Virus record (IMG/VR): IMGVR_UViG_3300030019_000003
Coordinates: 188,160 to 252,159 of that record
DNA: 64,000 nucleotides
Reading direction: 5' to 3' (one strand)
A model generated the notes under the pieces. That model was not told where the DNA came from. It saw only the letters and a list, made by a program, of their open reading frames with translations, and made no database searches. The first letter of the stretch is position 1; each line of letters opens with the position of its first letter. The position numbers were made by a program, and so were the translations under genes. Below, piece after piece: positions 41,314 to 50,458 of this stretch.

Positions 41314-43173
41314 ATGAATGGTAACAACAATGGAGCAGGGTTAACGTTTGATGAAAATGAGGGTACTGGAAATCCAGCAGTAGGTCAAAATGAGAATTTG
41401 CAGCAACCTAATGGATACGCGCCTTATCAAAATGAGGGTTCAACCACGTATGATAATGGATTCAATTTGTTTCAAAGTGGCTTCTTATCAACACAACCTG
41501 GCTCAGAACTTACTGCGAAATACTCTAAAGGTATTTTAGAGTTTATCGAAAAAATTAAAAGAACCGGTTTTAAAGTTAGCGAACTTGACAACGCTACGAT
41601 TACAAATTTAAAATACAGTTCTATCATCATCTCTGCGGTCAATGGACCAGAAGTACTTTATTACACATTGCTTATTGCCGCTACAGGTAAAGCTTCTCAT
41701 AATGTTAAAGATTACTTCAATGTTCTTTCTGATGCAGAACGTATGAGTCTTAAAGATGCAGATGAAGCAGTGCGCTCATTGTACTTACCTTATATCGCAT
41801 TTGATAATGACTATAAAGCAGCGATCGAAGCAAAACTTGATGAAACTTATGGTACAAAATACAAATACGTTTCTCTTGATGGTTTCATCATTCATGAAGA
41901 TGTTGTTGACAGTGAAGATCTATATCGTCATATGTTTGCAAAAGCGTTTAATGCGTTCCATGCTGAAACAAAAATGAGTGATGGTGTTGGCGATGCTACT
42001 ATTGAAAACATTGCAAGATCTGCAAACTATCGTATCGCAAGTAACGGATGTAGAAACAGCGTTTCAGCATTGACTCCATTTGGTGCTGCTGTTAGAACTG
42101 ACTGGCAGTTATCTTTGATTCCACAACCTCGTAAACAATCTTCTAACAGTATTCACACTGAAGGTGCTGTTGGACCTATCTTAACAGTTGGTGGTTTTGT
42201 AGATGCTATCCCTGAACAAACAATGATCCAAGAAGGCTTTGGTCAAATTGCAGGTATCCGTTATCACCCACATATTATCGTAACAAATGTTGCAAGTGCG
42301 TATGAAACAACGGGTATGGCTCTTCTTGCTATTACTGTTGGTGTAAGTATGGTTAAACCTGAAATGTATCTTGCGTCATTATCGCCAAGAGCTAAAAACA
42401 ATCCAGGCGCATTGAATGTATTTGCTAACCTTGCTAACAATCCAAATGGTGGTGAGTTCTTAGATATGACAACTGCAGCGTATACTCCTGATGCTATCAT
42501 GGATTCATTGTCTAAAATGTTTACATTGGCTCCAGTGTTCTCTATTGATATTGAAACTTTTGGTCCTGATGCTTATACACTTTCTGCATTCACAAGTCTT
42601 ACTAAAGAGAACCCAACAACATTCGCAGGTGCTGCAGCTTACTTGGTTAACGTTGCGTCTAAACTTACAAAAGGCATGTTTCCTACTGAATATGACCTTA
42701 ACAAAGTTATTGCTGGATTTACACGTGTCCCAACAGGTTCATATATTGATCATGGTTCTAATGTACCATCTGATATTCGTGACTTTGATATGATCCGTGT
42801 TGTTAATGAGTCTGTTAACAATCCTAAATTGATTTACAAATGGTACAACTCTAACACTAACCCAAATGGTTACAATGAAAAAGTTGAAGTTCTTGCAGCT
42901 ATTAATCCAGGTGCTAAGATCACTGGTGAAGCAAGACGTGTTACGTTACATCCTGAGTTTATTGCAACACTTGTTAACGCAGTTTCTGCAAATAACCTTA
43001 GACCAAGTGCTACTCCTGAGGTTGAACTACAAACAACAAATGGTTTCGTAGGTGGTGGTTTCTTTGCTACTGCTGGTGTTACCAATGTTGGTTTTGGTAA
43101 CTTTGGTGGATTTGGTACAAATAGACCTGTAGGCTTTGGTAACAACCAAGCTACATTTAGTAATCGTTTCTAA
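41314..43173 (+). CDS. chmA: chimallin, phage nuclear shell protein (phiKZ gp54 / 201phi2-1 gp105-like)
   Basis: 619 aa with highly biased codons, upstream of the nvRNAP beta-prime gene as in phiKZ gp54-gp55. Segments VRTDW, GGFVD, PGALN, GSYID..SDIRDFD and GEARRVT resemble chimallin; termini look disordered. Confidence 0.8.
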   Translation: MNGNNNGAGLTFDENEGTGNPAVGQNENLQQPNGYAPYQNEGSTTYDNGFNLFQSGFLSTQPGSELTAKYSKGILEFIEKIKRTGFKVSELDNATITNLKYSSIIISAVNGPEVLYYTLLIAATGKASHNVKDYFNVLSDAERMSLKDADEAVRSLYLPYIAFDNDYKAAIEAKLDETYGTKYKYVSLDGFIIHEDVVDSEDLYRHMFAKAFNAFHAETKMSDGVGDATIENIARSANYRIASNGCRNSVSALTPFGAAVRTDWQLSLIPQPRKQSSNSIHTEGAVGPILTVGGFVDAIPEQTMIQEGFGQIAGIRYHPHIIVTNVASAYETTGMALLAITVGVSMVKPEMYLASLSPRAKNNPGALNVFANLANNPNGGEFLDMTTAAYTPDAIMDSLSKMFTLAPVFSIDIETFGPDAYTLSAFTSLTKENPTTFAGAAAYLVNVASKLTKGMFPTEYDLNKVIAGFTRVPTGSYIDHGSNVPSDIRDFDMIRVVNESVNNPKLIYKWYNSNTNPNGYNEKVEVLAAINPGAKITGEARRVTLHPEFIATLVNAVSANNLRPSATPEVELQTTNGFVGGGFFATAGVTNVGFGNFGGFGTNRPVGFGNNQATFSNRF

Positions 43174-43180
43174 CGCTTAA

Positions 43181-43228
43181 AACTACAGGTAAGGTTAACG
43201 CCTTACCTGTAGTTATTTTTGTTTTTTT
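43181..43228 (+). terminator. intrinsic terminator
   Basis: AACTACAGGTAAGG-TTAACG-CCTTACCTGTAGTT followed by T-runs. Confidence 0.75.
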
Positions 43229-43240
43229 AAGGGGAGAACT

Positions 43241-43447
43241 ATGGCCTACACACCATATGTAAAAGTAACTACAGAAGATATTAAGGAAATGATAGCCTCA
43301 GGACAAATCACACCAGGCTCAACGGTGTGCGATAGCTGTCATGGTACTGGCGAGTGTCCTATTGATATTTACGACGAAGATGATAAAAGAAATGATGATC
43401 TTTATGAAGAGTGCAAAGTATGCGGTGGTAATGGACATGTATGTTAA
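43241..43447 (+). CDS. small DnaJ-type zinc-finger protein
   Basis: Two CxxCxGxG motifs (CDSCHGTG, CKVCGGNG); GGGGAG RBS. Confidence 0.65.
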   Translation: MAYTPYVKVTTEDIKEMIASGQITPGSTVCDSCHGTGECPIDIYDEDDKRNDDLYEECKVCGGNGHVC

Positions 43448-43482
43448 TGTTCTGTTCACCGAACGTTTATAAGGAGAAATAA

Positions 43483-44757
43483 ATGGCTATAACACAAACG
43501 CTTATACCTATAGATCAACTCTATCAACGTACAGGTGCCAAGATCATATTGAATAAGCTAAATGCCTTCAGTATGACTGATCAAGAAACCTTGTCTAAAA
43601 GTATCATGACTGTTTATGATAATGTTGACGTTATTTCTACGATACCGCAATGTGATTGTGGCGCTATTAAAGGTAGGTACCTATTAGGAACACGTTGCCA
43701 TACCTGCGGTACTGAGTGTAAAGAACTACATGAGAAAGTAGATCCTATCCTATGGTTAGAAGCTATGGATAAAGGTTTACGATTCTTAAATCCAGGATTC
43801 TGGATGTTGATGTCCGAGATACTAGATTCTAAAAAACTGGTAGATTGGCTAAGATGGCTATGTGATCCAACCTATAGTAATGAAACACCTGTTCCACCAC
43901 ATATACAAGGAATTTATCTTGACGTCTTAAAAAGTAAACGTGAGTATAATAATACGATGTTACGCTTAAGAGATATCATGGTTTATATTCTTAATATACC
44001 AAGACCAACAGCAAAAGCAGATAGCTTATCTAAAGTATCTATTATTAAACTAATAGAACTGTATGATCAGTATACAGCAGATGATATTTTATTCTCAACA
44101 TATCTTCCGATTGTTAATAAGAAATTGTTTGTTATGGAAAATACGGCTAAGGGTAAGTTTGTTAATCTTGTTGTATCTGAGATTCTTGATATCGTACTAT
44201 CGTGGGTTAAAAGTTCTAATGCATTTGAGATTGATAGGAATCTTAAAAAAGCAGGCATCATTACAGCTATGGCAGTATCGGAATTAAGTAAGTTCTTTTC
44301 AGAATTTACGGATAAGTATATCTTGAAAAAATCAGGATTGTTTCGTAAGCATGTATATGGTTCACGAGGTCACTTTACTTTCCGATGTGTTATCGTGTCA
44401 ATATCAGGTCCGCATGATTATGACGAGATACACATACCTTGGGCTGTAGGTGTAACTGTTTTACGACCTATGCTTCTTAATAAGCTACGCCAACGCGGTG
44501 TAACCTATAAAGCAAGTCATAAGTTGCTTATGCAATCTGTTAAAAAGTTTGATCCGTTAATAAATGAGTTACTATTAGAGTTACTAGCAGAATCTCCATT
44601 AGGAAAACTACCAGTAATATCACAACGTAACCCATCACTAACACAATCTAGTGCACTATTAACGTATATTACTAAAGTAAAGACGGATGTTGATGATAAG
44701 ACTGTAGGTATTAGCAGCCTTGTTTGTAAACTACCTAATGCTGATTTTGATGGGGAT
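43483..44757 (+). CDS. non-virion RNA polymerase beta-prime N-terminal subunit (phiKZ gp55-like), exon 1
   Basis: Zinc ribbon CDCG...CHTC, KSGLFRKHVYGSR, QRNPSL, catalytic NADFDGD at the exon end. Confidence 0.9.
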
Positions 44758-45241
44758 GAACATTTCGTCCCCCTAGGCATTGCTGCCTAGTAAAAAACCT
44801 CTCTAATTGCGGGAACCGACTTAAGACTATAGCTACTACTCGTACCTAGAAATAGAGTATGATACTTACGGAGTAATGTTTCCAGTAAGAAAAGTAAAAA
44901 CGCTATAATATTGCGGAATCGACGCAGCGAAGCTTCTAAGTCCGATGAGGATATGAAGTAGGCTCAACGACTATCGAAACGACGCACTACAGTGTATGAG
45001 ATGCCTATAGACGGTGTCGGTATAGGTAACTATACTCAACGGAGTAGAGTAGGGCCCAAGTGGGTGGGTATAGAATCCCTTAAATCGAAACGAGAGGAAT
45101 TTGTAATTTTTAATTACAAGTTATGATATAGTCTATGCGACTTATAAGTCTTTCCTAGTTTACAAACTAGGTCATCGTGTAAAACACACGAGCCGCATGT
45201 AAAGATGCGAGTATATTTAACGAATATGCTAAATATTTTAA
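44758..45241 (+). mobile_element. group I intron (IA-like), no homing endonuclease ORF
   Basis: P1 GGGGAUGAA/UUCGUCCCC with U44757.G44767 wobble; P2 44773-44790; P element AATTGCGGGAA 44805-44815; P3 CCTCTC/GAGAGG; R TCAACGACTA 44964-44973; S GATATAGTCT 45125-45134; P10 ATTTC/GAAAT. Confidence 0.9.
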
Positions 45242-45475
45242 GAAATTAATTTTACGTTAATTTTAGATACTTATCTACATGAGTTAGCTAAAACGTTCGC
45301 ACCACATCACAATGTATTTGATGGTGCTAAACCTTATAGTATCAATGGGTTTATTACATTATTAACACCTGCTAATGCTTTGTTATCAGACGCGCTAGAT
45401 GATGATGAAGAAAGACCACTAGAAGACACTATTTATGACAAGTTAAAGTTTGTAAAAGTAGGTGTTAATAAATAA
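45242..45475 (+). CDS. nvRNAP beta-prime subunit, exon 2 (77 aa)
   Basis: Reads EINFTLILDTYLHELAKTFAPHHNV...GVNK*, restoring NADFDGD-EINF.L.LD...PH; the spliced product is about 502 aa. Confidence 0.85.
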   Translation, partial: EINFTLILDTYLHELAKTFAPHHNVFDGAKPYSINGFITLLTPANALLSDALDDDEERPLEDTIYDKLKFVKVGVNK

Positions 45476-45479
45476 GCAT

Positions 45480-45489
45480 ATATTATTCA
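45480..45489 (+). promoter_or_regulatory. putative early promoter motif
   Basis: ATATTATTCA upstream of ORF 45526. Confidence 0.45.
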
Positions 45490-45525
45490 TTTGTACTGTG
45501 AGAAAGATTATTAGAAAGGAGATTT

Positions 45526-46128
45526 ATGACAGTGACATTGCACGAAACAGGTACTGCAGGATTCAATGCACTACTGTATACTCCACCATCACAACCATTG
45601 ATTGATTATATTGGACGGCATGTAAATGCAGCCATGGAGGCTACAGGCACGCTCGGTCAAAGATTTGTGGACAATGTCAAATCTATTTATAATAGGTTTG
45701 GCAGCGAGAGAAGTATCTTGGATAGCAAAAGACTTCTTGCGCAAACAGGTCCAGGGTTTAGGGATGATGTTATTTATAATGTTGGTTATAATGACTTAGG
45801 GAATGCAAACCTTTGGATGCAACATTATATTATGGCTAATCCTAGAGTAGGTGATCTATACAGTAAAGGTATGTGTCATGGTTATGCAGATACATATATT
45901 AATTCTGAAAAAGACACTTATGGTGAGAACACTATGTTATATATGGATGTTATGGACGGGGTCTATGATCTCGAAAAAGACACACTCCATCACTACTATC
46001 ATACAGAGATGTCTGATAATGGTATGGACACAGTTGACAAGATGAGTGTTCTTAACACTTGGGACAATGTAGTAGAATCAATCTTTAAAGGATTGGATCC
46101 TACTGATCCAGATAAAGGGTCCTTATGA
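45526..46128 (+). CDS. conserved phiKZ-like hypothetical protein
   Basis: 200 aa; FNALLY and MQHYIMANP...GY..TY motifs; follows the nvRNAP gene. Confidence 0.65.
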   Translation: MTVTLHETGTAGFNALLYTPPSQPLIDYIGRHVNAAMEATGTLGQRFVDNVKSIYNRFGSERSILDSKRLLAQTGPGFRDDVIYNVGYNDLGNANLWMQHYIMANPRVGDLYSKGMCHGYADTYINSEKDTYGENTMLYMDVMDGVYDLEKDTLHHYYHTEMSDNGMDTVDKMSVLNTWDNVVESIFKGLDPTDPDKGSL

Positions 46129-46252
46129 GACCCTTATTAATTTTAACATAAAGGAGACATCGGCTATGACCATTTAGTGTGCTTGTTTAAATTTAAACTA
46201 CTCTAAACAAAACACACTTAACCGAAGAATTGAAGCTAATAAGGAGTTAATT

Positions 46253-47002
46253 ATGAAAAAGCTTATATTATTGTTAATGGTACTCGTTGTATCGTTATTC
46301 GCAAAACCATTAAAACCAGAGAGTGTTCTTGCTAAAGAACTTACCAAACTAGATAAGGGTCAGCAAGAATTACTATTTAAATCTTACATTTATGCTGAAC
46401 AAAATGGATACGGGTATACATTAACAGCTGTGGCTTGGAAAGAAAGTAACTTTGGTAAGATAGTTGCTAATCCAAAAGAGGGAAAGTACGGAACGTACGG
46501 ACCATATCAATCTAAAGTAGAAGATGTCCTAGCAAGGAACCATTTAAAGCCTACTAAAGATAATATCGCTAAGGTGAGAGAGCAATTATTGCACGATCTT
46601 AAATTCGCGGCTAATGATGCCATAATCGAATTAAAAGCATGGGATCATTCACATGCTAAAAAGAAAAAGGTAAATGTATATCGCAGTACACTAGCAGCTT
46701 ATAATGCAGGTACGGCAGCGGAGAAATCTAGCTTAGGAAAAGGATACGCTGAAGATATCGTACATCGATTACCAATCGTTAAAAAGTACATAATGAGTAA
46801 GCCTGAACTTTTAGCATCTTATAAAGAACATGCAAAGACAATAGATAGATTGTCATCTTTTATAAAAGTTTCAGATCCTAAGGATATACGAATTATCTTA
46901 TCTTGTACTACGTTTGACTTAAAACCGCTAGGTGCTACTTATCTTAGTACTGTCACAGCGCGGGAGTTAATACCTAGTTTAGCAAAAGACGAATTAGTTT
47001 AA
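46253..47002 (+). CDS. lytic transglycosylase (SLT/lysozyme-like) with a Sec signal peptide
   Basis: MKKLILLL...SLFA signal; catalytic AVAWKESNFG; GPYQ; LAAYNAG. Confidence 0.8.
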   Translation: MKKLILLLMVLVVSLFAKPLKPESVLAKELTKLDKGQQELLFKSYIYAEQNGYGYTLTAVAWKESNFGKIVANPKEGKYGTYGPYQSKVEDVLARNHLKPTKDNIAKVREQLLHDLKFAANDAIIELKAWDHSHAKKKKVNVYRSTLAAYNAGTAAEKSSLGKGYAEDIVHRLPIVKKYIMSKPELLASYKEHAKTIDRLSSFIKVSDPKDIRIILSCTTFDLKPLGATYLSTVTARELIPSLAKDELV

Positions 47003-47015
47003 TACATGCTTAAAA

Positions 47016-47050
47016 TAACATACACAGAGACATAGTCTCTGTGTATGTTA
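47016..47050. terminator. hairpin between convergent genes
   Basis: TAACATACACAGAGAC-ATA-GTCTCTGTGTATGTTA. Confidence 0.7.
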
Positions 47051-47758
47051 AGATTTCTTTTTTCTACTAAAGTCAACTGAAAAATGTGCGGCATCTATAA
47101 ACGATAAATCAATAACGGTACCTACGGCATAAGCCATGTTCATAAAGGTTTCATACTTAGCAGCTGACTGCTTCATAGTACCTGTTAACAAAGCAGGTGC
47201 AAATAAAGAAACATTTAAGAGAGGCGTATTAATAAGGCTGCACGTACCAACATGATAGTCTATCCAATCTAAAGCATCGTATTTAAACATGATACCTATA
47301 TGCTCGTCTATCCATAACGGTGTTAATTCTGCATTATCAACATTAATAAAGTCTATCTTACAATCTGGTATTAGCGCCATGATGACAATACTAAATATCT
47401 CTTTCTCTTCTAGATCAAGACTATAGGGATAGGTGTTAATGAAAAGAGTAGGACGTTCACTTATGGTAATATCGTTAAGACCTGTTAATTCTTCACCGTA
47501 GTGTTTACGTATCATACCTATAATACGCGTTGGTAAAGCAAGTTTTAGAAGTTGTTTATCACGACTTCTATAGAACGCTCTAAAGATATCATAAGAGATC
47601 GTTTCAAACTCATCCTTAATACGTTTGTCATACTTACCTGTTGAACGCATACGTACCGCTATATCGTTATTAAACATATATAACAAAGGTAATCGTGTAT
47701 CAAAAAGAGTATCGATATCTACATAGATATTCTTAGGTTGTTTTTTAACGTCTTCCAC
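47048..47758 (-). CDS. HAD-like hypothetical protein
   Basis: N-terminal IYVDIDTLFD (DxD motif). Confidence 0.5.
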   Translation of the reverse strand: MEDVKKQPKNIYVDIDTLFDTRLPLLYMFNNDIAVRMRSTGKYDKRIKDEFETISYDIFRAFYRSRDKQLLKLALPTRIIGMIRKHYGEELTGLNDITISERPTLFINTYPYSLDLEEKEIFSIVIMALIPDCKIDFINVDNAELTPLWIDEHIGIMFKYDALDWIDYHVGTCSLINTPLLNVSLFAPALLTGTMKQSAAKYETFMNMAYAVGTVIDLSFIDAAHFSVDFSRKKKS

Positions 47759-48146
47759 TGTCTTCTCCTAAAGAGCGTTTGATAGCATCTAGCTGATTTA
47801 AACTTTCTTCGTCTGCTTTACGTTTTTCCATTTTTAAAAGTTTAAGTTCTTCAATATAGGCATCCTTCTGAGAACGTGTCAACTCCATAAACTCACTCAA
47901 CGACATACCAAAAAAATCTTTAAATTCATAAATATGATATTCCGCTATAAAATCTTTTAGTTCATTATGCTCTCGTGTTGATTCTTCTTCTTTGTATAGG
48001 GTTACTGAGAATACCGAATAAAGATCATCATCCTCAGGTTTCTTACTATAGTACATATTATTAAACGACTCTTTAAGAAGTAGTTTTGTACCTATACTTG
48101 ATAAAGCTGTTGTGACATTGGAGTACAAATTATCAATATACTCCAT
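47745..48146 (-). CDS. tail/baseplate assembly chaperone second domain, probably expressed as a -1 frameshift fusion
   Basis: FGMSLSEFMEL motif; frame open upstream to 48254; no well-spaced RBS at ATG 48146. Confidence 0.6.
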   Translation of the reverse strand: MEYIDNLYSNVTTALSSIGTKLLLKESFNNMYYSKKPEDDDLYSVFSVTLYKEEESTREHNELKDFIAEYHIYEFKDFFGMSLSEFMELTRSQKDAYIEELKLLKMEKRKADEESLNQLDAIKRSLGEDSGRR

Positions 48147-48177
48147 TTTATTAACACGTGTATCACTCCAGTCAACA

Positions 48178-48251
48178 CCTAAGATATGGGGTTTACTTAC
48201 CCCATCCTTCCTGCCAACAGCGTCGCGTTGAGAGAGCTTAGGGCGAAAAAA
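48178..48251 (-). promoter_or_regulatory. putative programmed -1 ribosomal frameshift signal
   Basis: Slippery heptamer T TTT TTC at 48251-48245 followed by GC-rich hairpins (48215-48230, 48186-48205, CCTAAG/CTTAGG). Confidence 0.65.
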
Positions 48252-49726
48252 TAGTCAACTATATTAAAAGGTATAATTTCTGGATGACCACCTTCCTTTG
48301 CAGCATTATCATTAAGTTCTTTACAACTAGGACATTCAAAGATAGGAAATCCTATCGCTGTAATATAGGACGCATTGATAAAATCATAACAAACATCAAT
48401 AACCTCGTCAGTGATAACGTTATCCCTAGATAACTCATCAAGAGCGTTATCTATAGCGGAACGTGTTGTCAATGTTACCACCTTGCCATTTTCATCTGTT
48501 AATGACATCTTCGCGATAACGGTATTATAGATACCTGCAACAACGGTTCCAATAATATCTCTAACCTTGTTCTCTTTAGTAACATTATTATCAGCCGACG
48601 TAAATATCTCTTCAGCTATTTTAGATATTTTATTAATCCATCTCACGCCGTTGACGCACATGTTCATAATATTAGGTATGGCCAACTCTAGTGTCAACAC
48701 GGTACCTGCGGCAGAACCATCATAAATGGTGATCTCTTTTGTTGCTGTCATTTTACCTGCCAGCTTACTTTGATATTCTAATACTTCTTCAATACTAACA
48801 GAATTAGGATTTCGTTTAGAAAGTGTCAGTAGCATACTATCTGTAAACTGTGAATCATCACGAACCATCATAGCTGAAAGATCAACTCTACCTGTGATAC
48901 TAAAATTACATTTAGGTCTACCATCAGAATCAAGAACGATGTTGTTTTTACAATAGCGTGTGATGATAGTTCCCTTAGGGTATTGTGACATTAAAAGTCC
49001 AAGTACTAATGAATAGTAATCATTACCAGAAATATAGTTTCTGACATCATCACCATCTGGACAGATCAATGTATAGCTACGAATATGAGAACAAATTAAG
49101 TCAACAATAGCGGTGTTAACAGTAGCACCAAGATTGTTAAACGCGATGGTGTTAGTATCTTTACCAGCTCTAATAAGCTCTGCTGATATTCTATTTTGAA
49201 ATGCTACGATAGTTGTTAATGTTGGAGCTTGCAAGGTTACCCAAAACCCAGAGTGTGGTAATGGGATATCGATGATATCTGTTTGCTTAGCAACAGATAA
49301 AAAACGCATAACATTGATATTAGAATCTTTGTTTGTTTTATTTGTAGCCATAGGCGTAGGACCATGTATCAAATCTTTACCACCATAGCGCATAGCGTTA
49401 TGCTTTGGGAGTGATTGATTATTTACCATGTTCTCTAGAAAAGCTGTACCGTATAGTAAACTTATTCCAGGTATTAGAGCTTTGAATTGTTGATCAATAC
49501 CATCGGGTAATTTGATGTTCATATTTTCATCGGTAACACTTCGTAGGAATTCTTTAAAAACAGAAGTATTAGCAAAAGTATCAACAGGAAACGGCATGTT
49601 AACAGAAGCTATTTTAGATTCATCTTTAGAGTCAACAGGTATGAACCAGTTCTTATTAAAGAAGTTATCATTTTTAGGGGGTTGTTGTTCTTCTGTAGGA
49701 AGATCTGCATTAATGTTAGAGTCCAC
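48197..49726 (-). CDS. baseplate hub / tail assembly chaperone-like protein
   Basis: 509 aa; IPLPHSGFWV, C-terminal CPSC and DYFF end motif. Confidence 0.55.
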   Translation of the reverse strand: MDSNINADLPTEEQQPPKNDNFFNKNWFIPVDSKDESKIASVNMPFPVDTFANTSVFKEFLRSVTDENMNIKLPDGIDQQFKALIPGISLLYGTAFLENMVNNQSLPKHNAMRYGGKDLIHGPTPMATNKTNKDSNINVMRFLSVAKQTDIIDIPLPHSGFWVTLQAPTLTTIVAFQNRISAELIRAGKDTNTIAFNNLGATVNTAIVDLICSHIRSYTLICPDGDDVRNYISGNDYYSLVLGLLMSQYPKGTIITRYCKNNIVLDSDGRPKCNFSITGRVDLSAMMVRDDSQFTDSMLLTLSKRNPNSVSIEEVLEYQSKLAGKMTATKEITIYDGSAAGTVLTLELAIPNIMNMCVNGVRWINKISKIAEEIFTSADNNVTKENKVRDIIGTVVAGIYNTVIAKMSLTDENGKVVTLTTRSAIDNALDELSRDNVITDEVIDVCYDFINASYITAIGFPIFECPSCKELNDNAAKEGGHPEIIPFNIVDYFFALSSLNATLLAGRMG

Positions 49727-49735
49727 AGTAATTCC

Positions 49736-50458
49736 TTAATGGTTAATTTTATCAATAATTGTTTTAGCGGCTAAGCTTATGTTCTTAATTTCTTCAGCGT
49801 ATTTAGGATCGGCACCTACAGCAGGTATAACATCCAGTGCTATCGCAGAGTATATCTCACCAATGGTTTGTCTAACCGTAACATAGCGTAGACCAAGACT
49901 ACTGTAAGTCATGAAGTCTTCATCGGAATAGTTAATGGTACCTTGTTTAAAACTGAAGATAGGCAAGAAAGGGTTGAGTACATGACCCACGCCATCAGGA
50001 ATAAGTTTACTATCTGCAAAGATAGAAAAGCTATCATAATTAGTAATAGCTGCAGTATTCAAAGCAGTTGTTAAACGCTCGTTAAAAAGTGTATTGTATT
50101 GCTCAGGATTATTAACAATCTTAGCAGGTGTGCTCATACCATTAAAAATAATAACAGTATCTGAAAATAGACCAGGGTATTCTCTAAGAACACTGTCTCT
50201 GATAGTATGTAAGTTAACACCGTGTTCAGCTCCTGTAGTAAGAATAATACTAGCAGCTTGATTTAAGCTAACAGTAGCTCCGTTAAATACTTCTTTAAGA
50301 GAGATGTCGCGTTCAATAACTGGAGCTAGTAATCGCTTACTCTCCTCAACATTATAATAGGCGTTGTTTAATTCCTTAATAACGGCTAGGAATTCTTCTC
50401 TCATAGTTTCCCAACTTAGAACTTCTTGTTTTTTAGGGAGTTGTTTCTTAGTGCTCAT
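49736..50458 (-). CDS. hypothetical protein
   Basis: 240-aa ORF with AAGGA RBS. Confidence 0.65.
   Translation of the reverse strand: MSTKKQLPKKQEVLSWETMREEFLAVIKELNNAYYNVEESKRLLAPVIERDISLKEVFNGATVSLNQAASIILTTGAEHGVNLHTIRDSVLREYPGLFSDTVIIFNGMSTPAKIVNNPEQYNTLFNERLTTALNTAAITNYDSFSIFADSKLIPDGVGHVLNPFLPIFSFKQGTINYSDEDFMTYSSLGLRYVTVRQTIGEIYSAIALDVIPAVGADPKYAEEIKNISLAAKTIIDKINH

Noticed and set aside
44758-44790. Track ORF ending EHFVPLGIAA-stop as the true RNAP C-terminus
   Set aside because: These codons are intron P1/P2 sequence; the conserved continuation is at 45242-45475.
44758-45241. Homing endonuclease inside the intron
   Set aside because: No ORF of 60 aa or more within the 484-nt intron and no HNH, GIY-YIG or LAGLIDADG remnant seen.
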